A DNA stretch of 64,000 bases, from positions 25,024,001 through 25,088,000 of the forward strand of contig CP086569.2 of assembly GCA_009914755.4 (NCBI GenBank). Reading direction: 5' to 3'. This stretch comes from the human T2T-CHM13v2.0 reference genome, Homo sapiens. Of this stretch, positions 46,619 to 59,946 are shown in pieces. Under the pieces are notes generated by a model. It saw nothing but the letters and a program-made list of their open reading frames with translations, was not told the origin of the DNA and searched no databases. Numbering within the stretch: the stretch's first letter is position 1; the number at the start of each line of letters is the position of its first letter. The translations under genes were made by a program, and so were the position numbers.

Positions 46619-46748
46619 GCATTAAGTTTTAGCAAGCAAGTTAATGAAAGCATAACAAATTTAAATGAATATGCTGCTTCGTAAATTCCAAAAACCGAAG
46701 TACAGAAATTGAGAATAACTATTTCACCTTCAAATAATTCCAACTCAG

Positions 46749-47040
<292 letters not shown>

Positions 47041-47185
47041 TTCACTTCAATGTATTCCTCAACTACCTATTCCAGCTGCATAAGTATTTACTCTCTCAGT
47101 TTCTGTTAAACTGTGTTTCCATATATTTTTAACATGCCTTGTGTAATTTATACTACATAATTAACATCTCTCAGTCCCTTATGTA

Positions 47186-47467
47186 TTTTTTTGAGACTGG
47201 GATCTGCTCTGTTGCCCAGCCTTGAGTGCAGTGTTTTGATTTTGGATAACTGCAACCTGTGCCCCCCAGACTCAAGTGATTCTCCTACCTCAGCTTTCTG
47301 AGTAGCTGAGACTACAAACACGCACCACCAAGTTCAGCTAATATTTTTGTAGAGATGGGGTTGTGCCGCTGCCCAGGCTGGTGTTGAATCTCTGGGCTCA
47401 AATGAGATCACCATGTCAGCTTCTCAATGTGCTAAAACTACAGGCATGAGCCACCACACCTGGTCCC
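47186..47467 (-). mobile_element. Alu (antisense)
   Basis: tttttttgagactgggatctgctctgttgcccagccttgagtgcagtg...tcaagtgattctcctacctcagctttctgagtagctgagactacaaacacgcaccacc...caggcatgagccaccacacctggtcc. Confidence 0.9.
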
Positions 47468-50310
47468 CTTAACTATAATTTTGTAAGTTCTTCAGGAAAA
47501 AAAAAAATAAATGTACATTCAGAAATAAAACTCCAAAAGAATAAAATCTCCTTGGTTTTTAATGGTGGTGCTGTCTGAATGTTTCAGTTCATGAGTCATT
47601 GAGTTCATGGGTTATGAGTCATAATTCAGAGTTAGAAAGCTCATATGAACTTGTAAATGAAGGAGCCAACCTTCCACTTATGTCCTCACAGAGCAATAAA
47701 TTACTAACTACCTATCAAGAAGCACGCTGGGACTGGATACAAAAGTGTAATCAGGTATAGTCCTTATCTCTGAAGATCTCACAGTATAGTCAGGGAGAAC
47801 CAATCACACTAAGACAGGATAATTTTATAACTCAGGTAAATAAAGACCACATTCAGGAATGAGCCCTCAAATGAGTTTCTAAGTGGGAATCATGGAAGGC
47901 ATTGCAGGGGTGACATCCAAGCTGGGCCTTGAATGACACTGTGGTTTAATCCGGGAGAGAAGGGGATTGATATTCCAGGTGACGAAATACAGGCATGGTG
48001 GTTTTTATGGGAATGACAATCTTCCTCAAAGACTTCAGATACTCACAGTTGAATAAACAGAAATCTAGTTAGTCACCTATCCTGAAGATGAAGTTATTAG
48101 TCTAAACACAATAGAATCATCTCAAAGATCTGTGCACCCAACATTCAATTTTATAGCTGAGGTAAGCCCTATTTCCAGAAATGAGATAGAAAATTTTAGA
48201 GCATGTGCCCTTAGCATTAAACAACCTATGTCTCATTGAGAAGCTCCAAGCAAGGGGGAAGACTTCCTACTTTTAACATCCGGCAGCAGCAGTTTTAGAT
48301 GTATGTTTGAAATACTGCTGTATTTCTTAGACTGTTTGGTCTAAGACACACACTTGGAAAAGAAATAAGATTTCTTAAAGGAATAGTTAGATTCCCACTT
48401 ACCAACACAAACTCCCTGTCACTCCTCATCCTCTTCATATCCTTCCCAATTGCTTTACCAGTAATGAGATCAAATGGCCACATGGATGACCCTAGGGTCC
48501 CTAGTGACTCCTTCACCCCAGGGATATTTACTCTTGCTCATTTCCATGGCTCCATCCAATGGCAGCACACTGCCTTTGATTTCCAGTCTCCACTTGAAAT
48601 CTCATCCTGTAGTTCTGCACTCCTGGACCATCTTTATTCTTCCACATGCCAGTCTCTCCAGATCTAGTTCTTGATCGCTGAGACTACCACTCAACACTCC
48701 CTTTCCACCTAGGTCACCCGCCCCCTGCCCTCTCCTCTGCTTACCTTCACTACACAGGAGAACCACAGATTCTTCAGTTAAATAGGCTGTCTTTCTCAAG
48801 GAAAATGAATTATGCTATGCAAAGCTCCACTTCCAGAGCATCTCCATATTTCCAACCTCAGTGAAAGGGGCAGCAGAGACAGACCCTTGCAATTCCTCCC
48901 CAGAGCTAGAACAGAAACACGTGGTTTTGTCTCTCTCAACTCCAGGTTACCCCAACCATAGCTGGGCCTTCAGTACAGGTAATCAGTCAGCTCTCCTTTA
49001 AAGAGCTGTTCTTACCTTACCCACAGGAACTACTCTGCACCTCCAAGCTGCTCCTGAAACCCTTAATCTATCTCCTTAATTTGTCTAAGAAGATGAAGCT
49101 TTTCAGCGAGTGTTTCTCATAATTCCAACTTGTCGGGTCACCTATGCAATTCTTCCCTTTCCACCAGTCTCAAAGGATGAAAATCCGTGTATCCGTTTCA
49201 AGGCCCACCGTTCTTTTATTTGCAATCTTGGCCGCAGTCCCTACTGCTCTTCTGGGGCCTTTTTCCATCAATTGTAACATCTCATTCCTGGATCCTGAGT
49301 CAATCCAATAATAGCTGTAGGAAATATCCACCCAGTAAAATATTTGTAAATACCACCTCTTGGTGCTTTTGGTTTCTCTCAAAGATACTCTTTCTATAAA
49401 GAATGAGGCTTTCAGATTCTGCTTGACAAATCTTCTCCAAATCACTTCAGAACATAGCTAATTCATTTGCATACTCTCTTACCACTTCCATTAAAAAACT
49501 TCAACTGCAAATTGATTACAAAAAAATAAAAGTTCCAATCATTATACCATAAGAACAGCAACAAATTCTCCCTCCACAGCTAGGCTCCACATTAATGCTC
49601 TGTCCAAATATGTTATATTTATTTAATCTATAGTTTTATATCATTTACTGTATTTGTAGAACTCAATCAAAGGTATAAACAAATCTCATCAGAAAAAAAT
49701 TGATATGCACAGCACTGAAGTATTCCATTTTTTATTAAAATTTCCAGGTATTTTTTTTTTATTATACTCTAAGTTTATACATAAGATTAAACCTTTAGAT
49801 GACAAACAAAAACATGACTCTTGTTAACTGTAACAAGATAAACATTACCTTTTGACACATTCCTGTCAGAAGTTGCTTTTCTATTTCTCCGTATCTTCAT
49901 TTAGCTTTATTTCTAGAGACTCAAACTTTATATGCTGAGGATAAGCATCTGCAATTGATCATCAATAAGCTGAAGATTGCCAGCTATTAAAAAGTAACAG
50001 GTCAAATTAGGACACAGAGACATGGTGAGGTGTGCAAGAGGCCAGTCTTCTGGTTCAAAAATAAAGAGTATACTTTGGGGAAAGCATGGGTGTCTGCAAT
50101 TTACTCTGAAAAAAAAACAAAAAAAGATGTAAGATAGATGAATAGATGAACAGAAAAAAATGATGAAGCATATATAATGCAAATGTAATAGTGAAATCTA
50201 GATGATAGGTATGTAAGTGTTGACTAGAATTGTTTCAACTTTTCTCTATGTTGAAGATGCTTAGGCATTTACCAGCAACCACTGTGCTCACTAATTTAAT
50301 TTAATTTAAT

Positions 50311-50425
50311 TTTTTTTTTTTTTTTTAGAGACAAGGTCTTGCTATGTGGCTTGCCCAAGTTGATCTCAAACTCATGGCCTCAAGTGATCCTCCTGCCTGG
50401 GCCTCCCGAAGTGCTGAAAGCACAA
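50311..50425 (-). mobile_element. Alu fragment (antisense, ~115 bp)
   Basis: tttttttttttttttagagacaaggtcttgctatgtggcttgcccaagttgatctcaaactcatggcctcaagtgatcctcctgcctgggcctcccgaagtgctg. Confidence 0.75.
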
Positions 50426-53046
50426 GAATTAGTCACTTTGTCTGGTTATAGCTTTTAAGAATACATCTGAAGAAAGTCCTTCCTAAGCATGATACAAAAC
50501 CTGGAGGCAATAGGGAGATATCTTTATGAACCTCACTACATAAACATTAAAAATTTACATATGGCATAGAATAAACAAAAATAATACACTGGAAAAATAG
50601 TTACAATAATATGCAGGCATAACCAGGACTAAAGTTATTACATTTTAATATTGTTAAACAGCTCTTACAAATCAGTTAAGACAAAAGAAAACAAAACTGA
50701 AAAATGGGAGAAAACATGGACAGATTATAGAAAAAATAAAATGTCAAACAAAGATGAGAAATATTATCACATGTTGAATAAACATGAACAAAATCACAAA
50801 TGCAAGTTAATAAAGCAAAGAAACCATTATTTTCCCTGTAACACCATTAAGATTAATACTTTGATAACGCTAATGTTGGCAATGGAGTGGAAGTGTAGCT
50901 ATCCTCATTCCCTTGGGAGAGGTATGTGTCAGTGCTTATATATATTCAAAATGCAAGTGTCTTTCCATCTACTCATTCTAATTCTATGAATTCACACAGC
51001 TGTACTTTTACAGGTGCACAGAGTGTGCACATTGCATATTGGTTGCCTCTATTGGAAAAGGGCAAACAATAAGACAACTAAATTTCCATCAATGGGGGTT
51101 AAATATTTACTTTAAAAACAATTAACTCAATATACTGCTACAGATAGATATATTGGTGGATAGAAAAAGCAAATTGCCTACAGGATCTATAATATAATTT
51201 TATTTGATTGTATGTTTAAATTAGAAATACATAGACTTTTAACCTCAATTCTAGAAAAATAAGAAAGAAACAAAATTATTAAAATTCGAGTTATCAGTGG
51301 AGAGTGAGATTAGACAACACAGGCAGAAATTGCTAGTTTATTTTCACTTTATATCCTTCTGAATAATCTGAAACTTTGTTTTAAACCAGAAGCATAAATT
51401 ATTTAAGAAATTTTTAGTTTCTTGAAACTAAAAGTATTAGTCAGCTCAGCACTTTATCCCCATCCCCATCGTCTTCACTGAGGGGATTACAGTTAGATTG
51501 CTTTGACAGTCTGCATTCTATCCAGGGATCAGAAGAACAAAATTTGCAAATATTAATGTTTCTTCATGGTGATGTAAATTATGGGCTTTCATATTGTTCT
51601 TTTCATTCTCCTAACAGTGTCTTTCACAGAGATGATTTTAATTTCAGTTAAGTCTAACATCTATTTTTTTCTTTCATATATCTTGCTTTTGGTGTCATAT
51701 CACATCGTGAAACTCAGGATCACATAGACTTTCTCTTGTTTTTATTTGGAAATATTATAGTTTTGCAATTTACATTTAGGTCTACGGTTCATTTCCATAC
51801 ATATGAATATTCAATTATTTCAGAGTCACATGTTGAAAAGACCATATTTACTCTATTGGATTGCCTTTGCACCATTGTTAAAAAAATCAATTGACAATAT
51901 TTGTGTGAATCTATCTCTGAATTCTCTATATCTATTCCCATTGATGTATGTGTCTATTCTTTTGACAATCATAGATAAGAATTTTAACTTTCTAAAAGCA
52001 AAGGGCCAATGTCCACATTTTCTTTCCTCGTCCAAATTTTGTGTGTATCATTATCTGCATATCTTTATCTCTCAAAGGAAATATTAACAGTGGGAAGACT
52101 GGGTGACTAGAAGCTAGGAGGAAAGTACTGTGACTATTCAACAGTTTGGCATCCCCTGAGAGTAGGTATACTAAAATAGGATAGGATGACATGTCTCTGA
52201 ATCAGGGAACAGAAAACTGTTCAGTACAGTATATCTTCCTATAAGTTTTCTGTTGTCAAATTGGAAGCCACAAATTTTTAAAATAATTTTTCTTTTACCA
52301 GAAACTATTTTATTGTTAGCTAAGAATTCTATCCAAATTTTGACACTAGGATGACTGACATGTTTTCTACTCATCATTTTTCTGACTTCTGGAAATTTTA
52401 CGGGGATGCTAGGTAAAGCTTGTAATGGTTGTCAGCCAGATAGATTTCTGAACCAGATGGATTTAAAGAGACTGTGTAAAGATGGAAAAACTGTTTTTAA
52501 AGATAATGTATTATAGTAAATATATAGATTATTTCATGTTGGGGGCCCAGTCAGGCTGGTGGAAAAAATATTAAAGACTGTTATAGTAATAGCCACAAAC
52601 CATCTTGGAATGTCAGAGAGTTTGCATAACTTCGGTAACAGATATGGTTGAATATGGTTGAAGGCGACCTGCTTTACCTTTAGTTAAATAGATTAAAGTA
52701 CTAACAAAGGAATGTGGGGAAGTTATGTAGCTAGCTTTTTTACTCATGTGGTCTTAAGACTAATCTTTGAGGTACCATGGGTGCTTAAGTGCTTTCCACT
52801 CGGGAATACCACAATGTCAATTACGCCCCAGTGGTGTTGACTAAAGTCTTTCTCAATTAATCTTTACTGATAAATGCGAGTCTCACTAGCTGGTCAGGGC
52901 CAAAGTTGCAACTGTTTTACAGCACTCTACTGGAGTCTGTAAGTGGCTCAGACACCCAGCTTCAGCTGGACTGGGAAAGCAGAACATCTGTGTATCAGTG
53001 CTGGTGCCACAGTGTGAGAAGTGTGAGAAGTGCTACCACAGTTTTT

Positions 53047-53053
53047 TTTATTT

Positions 53054-53127
<74 letters not shown>

Positions 53128-53232
53128 TTCCTTCCTTCCTTCCTTCCTTCCTTCCTTCCTTCCTTTCTTTCTTCCTTTCTTTCTTCCTTCCTTCCTTCCT
53201 ACCTTTCTTTCTTTTTTTCTCTTTCTTCTTCT
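53047..53232. repeat. (CTTT)n/(CTTC)n compound microsatellite derived from the tail of the adjacent antisense Alu
   Basis: (tttc)n~15 followed by (ttcc)n~10 and (tttc)n, directly 5' of the poly-T start of the antisense Alu at 53236. Confidence 0.95.
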
Positions 53233-53235
53233 TCT

Positions 53236-53535
53236 TTTTTTCTTGTTAGGGGTAAAATGGAATCTAGCTCTGTCACCCAGGCTGGAGTGCAGTCATATGA
53301 TCTCAGCTCACTGCAAACTTCACCGCCCGGGTTCAAGTCATTATCGTGCCTCAGCCTCCAGAGTAAATGGGATAAAATGCACTTACCACCACGACTCAAA
53401 CATTTTTGAATTTTTAGAAGGAGTGGAGTTTCACTGTGTTGGTCAGGCTGATTTCAAACTCCAGAACTTTAGTGATCCTCCTGCTTTAGCCTCCCAATAT
53501 CCTGGGATTACAAGCATAAGGCACTGTTCCTGGCC
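53236..53535 (-). mobile_element. Alu (antisense)
   Basis: ggtaaaatggaatctagctctgtcacccaggctggagtgcagtcatatgatctcagctcactgcaaacttcaccgcccgggttcaagtcattatcgtgcctcagcctcc...tcctgggattacaagcataaggcactgttcctggcc. Confidence 0.9.
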
Positions 53536-53995
53536 CGTAGATTATTCCTTAATATCTCTTCAAGCCATTCATTTTATTTTGAAGTAACAATTAAGCAATA
53601 GATAGCTGCTATATACCTTAGAATCATGCTGTTCATTATGATAGTCACTTTGCACATGTAGCTAATTAAATATAAATTAAAAATTTAGTTATTCAGTTAC
53701 ACTAGCTACATTTAAATTGCTCAATAGCCACAAGAGACTGGCAACTACCACATTAAACAGTATAGGTAAAGACGTTTCCAACATCACATTGAGTTATTCT
53801 GAATGGTGCCTAGAGCACAGACTATAGAATCATTTACCTACTGAATTTCAGTAGGGATGGTCTAGTGTGCAGGCAGCCTAGAAAGTCTTGTTCTTCAATT
53901 TATTTATCTTCTACTAACATTACTACAATGAAGCCTGGCAATTAAGTCACAGACTCAGTGGCTGGCAGAAAGTATGTACTCAAATGATTAAGTTC

Positions 53996-54022
53996 TGAAT
54001 GAATGAATGAATGAATAAATGT
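53996..54022. repeat. (GAAT)n microsatellite
   Basis: gaatgaatgaatgaatgaataaatg. Confidence 0.9.
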
Positions 54023-55491
54023 CTCTGTCAGGATGATAGAAATGCATGCAACAGACAAAATCCCAAGGGCGTAGGAACACAAAAGGACCATTACTAATTC
54101 ACATATTATTTTAAATGTCCTAAGGTATAACTAAGCATAAAAGGCAAGTTGCCAGCTTATGTTCATGCTACAAAGTCCATTATGAAGTCTAACCAATGGT
54201 CCAGAACTCACAGTAGTTACAAACTATAAAAGTTTTGTATGAAGGCCAAAATTAAGGCAATTAATCAGGTCTGTGTATACACTTAAGAGCAAAAGTTATA
54301 TTACACATTACTAAACACATACTTTATTCATTAATGGCATATTAATGCATTTAATACTCTTATCAATTGCACTGGAGAGGCATACCTAGTATACAAAGAT
54401 ACTTGGCCTAAAAGACAGTTTTTTGAAGGTTTTTTTTTTCTTGGAAATGTTCCCAACAATGGATATTTTTACAGGCAGTATCTTTCAGTGTGTCTGTAGG
54501 ACCCTTGATATTGTCTGAAGTTTTCTCATTTGACTATCTAAAAGTTATTATGAAAATGAAAATATGGGAATAATGACCTGCAGAACAGGTGAAATATTGC
54601 TTACAAAGTAAGATATGGTCAGCAAGGAAAAACATGTAATTTAAATCAAATTAAATTTCTTACTCTTCTCACTCAAAATTAGCTTCATTCTTTTAGAAGG
54701 AAAAGTACGTAGAAAAATCTTGCTACAGTTTAAAAAGATATAGGCTCCTACCTTTATGGGTTTCTTTATCAAACTCTGACACATGTTAAAAAATATTTTA
54801 CTTTTATAAAGCTATTTGTTTATAATTAACAAACCAAAATAGATTATAGAAACTAAATAAACTTACCAGTGAGTTCTAGGAACTGGAAGTAGGGTGAATT
54901 TTTACTGAGTGCAATCAATCCTGCATAGTAAATACCTTAAGAAAATAAAAGGTTACCAATTAGACATGGTTTTATAGCAGTGTTTAAATCACACATTATA
55001 ATGTTTATGAATATGAGATTGAGAAACATCCTTCAGAAAAAAAAACTAAGATTACAAAGGAAAATTGAAGCTCTTTCTTACAATGTTAGATAAAATACAA
55101 AAACACATTGAAATACCTTTCTTGATTTTGCAATCAACCTCTAAGTATTTTACATCAAAGGTCATTCAATTACAATTTTTTAAAAGTAGTGTTTAAAATA
55201 TAAATAAGCTAAATTTTCATTGTCTTTGCAATCATGATGAAAGTGCACTTAAAATACTGTTAAACAGACATTTTGGGCAGCTATTTATATATATTCTACA
55301 AAAGTATATATCAATTATTATGTCTACCCTGAGAACACTGATATGTTTTCAACTGGATTTCCTTTAAAGAAAACATTTTGAATTGGCATTTTATATTTGT
55401 AGAAACAATTAAGTTGTTTCAGTGGGATGAATTCCTGTTATAAGAATCATACAATTGGTAATTACACTTACCAAAAAAAAAAAAAAAAAGC

Positions 55492-55640
55492 AGAATATGG
55501 TGGTGTGTGCCTGTAATCCCAGCTGTTTGAAAGGCTGCAGTAGTATAATTGCTTGAACTCAGAGGGCAGTTGTAGTAAACTCAGATTATGCCACTGCCCT
55601 TCAGACTTGGTGACAAAGTGAGACCCTACTACTAAAAAAT
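55492..55640 (+). mobile_element. Alu fragment (right arm) preceded by an A-run
   Basis: aaaaaaaaaaaaaaaaagcagaatatggtggtgtgtgcctgtaatcccagctgtttgaaaggctgcagtagtataattgcttgaactcagagggcagttgtagtaaactcagattatgccactgcccttcagacttggtgacaaagtgagaccc. Confidence 0.75.
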
Positions 55641-55738
55641 GAATATGTAAATAAATACATTCATAAAATGGTTAAGTACAATTTGGTTGCTTATGAAGAA
55701 ACAACACATTTAAAATTTTCATTTCAATACTGTACTAA

Positions 55739-56030
55739 GGCCAGGCATTTTGGTTCACATCTGTAATCCCAGGACTTTTGGAGGCTGAGGCAAATGGATC
55801 ACTTGAGATCAGGTGTTCGAGACAAACCTGGCCAACAAGGTGAAACCCTGCCTATACTAGAAATACAAAAATTAGCCAGGTGCTTGGGTGAGCACCTGTA
55901 ATCCCAGATGCCTGGGAGGCTAAGGTGAGAGAATCGCTTGAAACAAAGAGGTGAAGCTTGAAGCCCAAGATCATACTACCGCACTCCAGCCTGAGCAACA
56001 GAGTGATACTCCATTTCAAAGAAAATAATT
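55739..56030 (+). mobile_element. Alu (full-length)
   Basis: ggccaggcattttggttcacatctgtaatcccaggacttttggaggctgaggcaaatggatcacttgagatcagg...attagccaggtgcttgggtgagcacctgtaatcccagatgcctgggaggctaaggtgagagaatcgcttgaa. Confidence 0.9.
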
Positions 56031-56904
56031 ACAATATGAAGCTTCTTGTGTCCTTAAAACTTTGAAATATGAAAGTTTTACATAACTATACAGAAAATAA
56101 AGAAAGTAAAAACATATACACAACACTAAGAGTGAAATTTAATGTAAACGATAGACTTTGGCAATAATGACTTTTCGGGGAAGGTTTATCAATTGCAGCA
56201 AATGTACCACCTTGATGAAAGATATTGACAGTGGGAGAGACTGTGCATGTGTAGGAGCAGTGGGTGTATAGGAATTCTTTGTACTTCTCCATCAACATGG
56301 CTGTGAACTAAAACCTGCTCTAAAAAACAAAGTCTACAAACAAACACCCCCACCCCCACCACACACATATTCACAGGGAAAGTTTTCTCTATATACATTT
56401 AAAATAATAAATTGGGATGAATGTTCAATAATAATGGTGAAGAAATGCAGTTAAAATAATTAGAAATGTACTAAAAATGATATGAATGTCTCTTTATTAT
56501 TTGGAAACTTTACAGAGTTTTAAGAAATATGTCACATAATTTACTTGATTCACCTCTCCACATTCTGGTTCCTCATATGTAACACACAAAATATCTGTTG
56601 TGTGTCTATTGCAGTGCCAAGCTCAGAGCAGACATTTAGCAGATTAGCAGAGTTTTATAAACAGCAAAGAAAATAGATAAATCAATTTTAGCTCTTAAAC
56701 ATTTAGAGATTGTAGATCACAATCTTACAAAAGACTAAATGTGATACCAAGAAATTAATTTCAAATTTAGTAACCACTTGTTATATAAAAAATGTATGCA
56801 AATTCAAAGAGGAATGAGAAATGCACCTACTTTAAAAGCAGTTACCTATAATGCGCATGTTACAGTCAGCCAAGAAAAAAATCTTAATAAAAAGTACAAG
56901 GATA

Positions 56905-59900
56905 CAGTTTCAAGATGGCCGAATAGGAACAGCTCCAGTCTACAGCTCCCAACGTGAATGATGGAGAAGACGAGTGATGTCTGCATTTCCAACTGAGGTA
57001 CTGAGTTCATCTCACTGGGGCTTGTTCGACAGTGGGTGCAGCCCACCAAGCATCAGCTGAAGCAGGGTGAGTCATCACCTCACCCAGGAATCACAAGGTG
57101 TTAGGGAATTCCGTTTCCTAGCCAAGGGAAGTTGTGACAGATAGCACCTGGAAAATTGGGTCACTCTCACCCTAATACTGTGCTTTTCCATTGGTCTTAG
57201 CAAAGAGCACACCAGGAGATTACATCTTGTGCCTGGCTTGGAGGGTCCCACACCTATGGAGCCTCACTCATTGCTAGCACAGCAGTCTGAAATCAAACTG
57301 CAAGGCAGCAGCGAGGCTGGGGGAAGGACACCCGCCATTACTGAGGCTTGAGTATGTAAACAAAGCAGCTGGGAAGCTCGAACTGTGTGGAAACCACCAC
57401 AGCTCAAGGAGGCCTGCCTGCTTCTGTATACATCACCTCTGAGGGCAGGGAATAGCTGAAAAAAAGGCAGCAGAAACTTAAATGTCCCTAACCGACAGCT
57501 TTGAGGAGAGTAGTGGTTCTCCCGGCACAGAGTTTGAGATCTGAGAATGGACAGACTGCCTCCTCAAGTGAATCCCTGACCCCTGAGTAGCCTCACAGGG
57601 AGGCATCCCCCAGTAGGGGGCAGATTGACACCTCACACGGCCAGGTACCCCTCTGAGATGAAACTTCCAGAGGAACGATCAGGCAGCAACATTTGCTGTT
57701 CAGCAATATTCACTGTACTGCAGCCTCCACTGCTGATAACCAGGAAAACAGAGTCTGGAGTGGGCCTCCAGCAAACTCCAACAGACCTGTAGCTGAGGAT
57801 CCTGACTGTTAGAAGGAAAACTAACAGAGAAAGGACATCTACACCAAAACCCCATTAGTATGTCACCATCAGCAAAGGCCAAAGGTAGATAAAAACCAAA
57901 AAGATGGGGAAAAAACAGAGCAGAGAAGCTGAAAATTTGAAAAATCGAGTGCCTCTCCCACTCCAAAGGAATGCAGCTCCTCATCAGCAATGGAACAAAG
58001 CTGGACGCAGAATGACTTTGATAAGATGAAAGAAGAAGGCTTCAGATGATCAAACTTCTCTGAGTTAAAGCAGGAAGCTTGAACCCATCGCAAAGAAGTT
58101 AAAAACCTTGAAAAAGTTTAGACAAAGAGCTAAGTAGAATAACAAGCATAGAGAATTCCTTAAATGATCTGATGGAGCTGAAAACCATGGCATGAGAACT
58201 ACATGATGAATGCACAAGCTTCAGTAGCTGATTCGATCAACTGGAAGAAAAGCTATCAGTGATTGAAGATAAAATGAGTGAAATGAAGTGAGAAGAGAAG
58301 TTTAGAGGAAAAAGAGAAAAAGAAATGAACAAAGCCTCCAAGAAATATGGGACTATGTGAAAAGAATAAATCTACATTTGATTGGTGTACATGAAAGTGG
58401 CGAGGAGAATGGAACCAAGTTGGAAAACACTTTGCAGGATATTATCCAGCAGAACTTCCCCAACCTAGCAAGGCACGCCAACATTCAAATTCGGGAAACA
58501 CAGAGAACACCACAAAGATAATCCTCAAGAAGAGCAACTCCAAGATTCATAATTGTGAGATTCACCAAAGTTGAAATGAAGGAAAAAATGTTAAGGGCAG
58601 CCAGAGAGAAGGTGGGGTTACCCACAAAGGGGGGCCCATCAGACTAACAGCAGATCTCTTGGCAGAAACTCTACAAGCCAGAAGAGAGTGGGGGTCAACA
58701 TTCAACATTCTTAAAGAAAAGAATTTTCAACCCAGAATTTCATATCCAGCCAAATTAATCTTCATAAGTGAAGGAGAAATACAATCCTTTACAGACAAGC
58801 AAATACTGAGAGATTTTGTCACCACAAGGCCTGCCCTACAAGAGCTCCTGAAGGAAGCATTAAACATGGAAAGGAACAACCAGTACCAGCCACTGTAAAA
58901 ACATGACAAATTGTAAAGACCATCGAGGCTAGGAAGAAACCACATCAACTAATGCGCAAAATAACCAGCTAACATCATAATGACAAGATCAAATTCACAT
59001 GTAACAATATTAACCTTAAATGTAAATGGGCTAAATACTCCAATTAAAAGACACAGACTGGCAAATTGGATAAAGAGTCAAGACCCATCAGTGTTCTGTA
59101 TTCATGAAACCCATCTCACATGCAGAGACACACGGATGTAGGAAGATCTACCAAGCAAATGGAAAACAAACAAACAAACACAGGGTATGGGTTGCAACCT
59201 TAGTCTCTGATAAAACAGACTTTAAACCAACAAAGATCAAAAGAGACAAAGAAGGCCATTACATAATCGTAAAGTGATCAATTCAACAAGAAGAGCTAAC
59301 TACACTAAATATAAATGCATCCAATACAAGAGCAGCCAGATTCATAAAGCAAGTCCTTAGAGACATACACAGAGACTTAGACTCCCACACAATAATAATG
59401 GGAGAATTTGAGACCCCACTGTCAACATTAGACAGATCAATGAGACAGAAAGTTAACAAGCATATCAAGGAATTGAACTCAGCTCTGTACCAAGCAGACC
59501 TAATAGACACCTACAGAAGTCTCCACCCCACATCAACATAATATACATTCTTCTCAGCACCACATCACACTTATTCCAAAATGGACCACATATTTGGAAG
59601 TAAAGCACTCCTCAGCAAATGTAAAAGAACGGATATTTTTACAAACTGTCTCTCAGACAACAGTGCAATCAATCTAGAACTCAGGATTAAGAAACTCACT
59701 CAAAACCACTCAACTGCATGGAAACTGAACAAACAGCTCCTGAATGACTATGGGGTACATAATAAAATGACGGCAGAAATAAAGATGTTCTTTGAAACTG
59801 ATGAGAACAAAGACACAACATACCAGAATCTCTGGGACACATTTAAAGCAGTGTGTAAAGGGAAATTTACAGCACTAAATGCCCACAAAGAAAGCAGAAA

Positions 59901-59940
59901 AGATCTACAATTGACACCCTAACATCACAATTAAAAGAAA
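56905..59940 (+). mobile_element. L1PA-like element #1: complete 5' UTR, ORF1 (~57903–58896), and ORF2 N-terminus (endonuclease region from ~58978). 3'-truncated at ~59940
   Basis: 5' UTR begins caagatggccgaataggaacagctccagtctacagctccc. ORF1 translation fragments include ORF 58659..58898 ..FQPRISYPAKLIFISEGEIQSFTDKQILRDFVTTRPALQELLKEALNMERNNQYQPL. ORF2 start tgacaagatcaaattcacatgtaacaatattaaccttaaatgtaaatgggctaaat. Multiple stops. Confidence 0.9.
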
Positions 59941-59946
59941 TAGAGA

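Noticed and set aside
52906-53587. Overlapping 167, 83 and 185-aa ORFs rich in F, L, S and P
   Set aside because: They are translations of the (CTTT)n/(CTTC)n microsatellite running into an antisense Alu. This is a low-complexity artefact.
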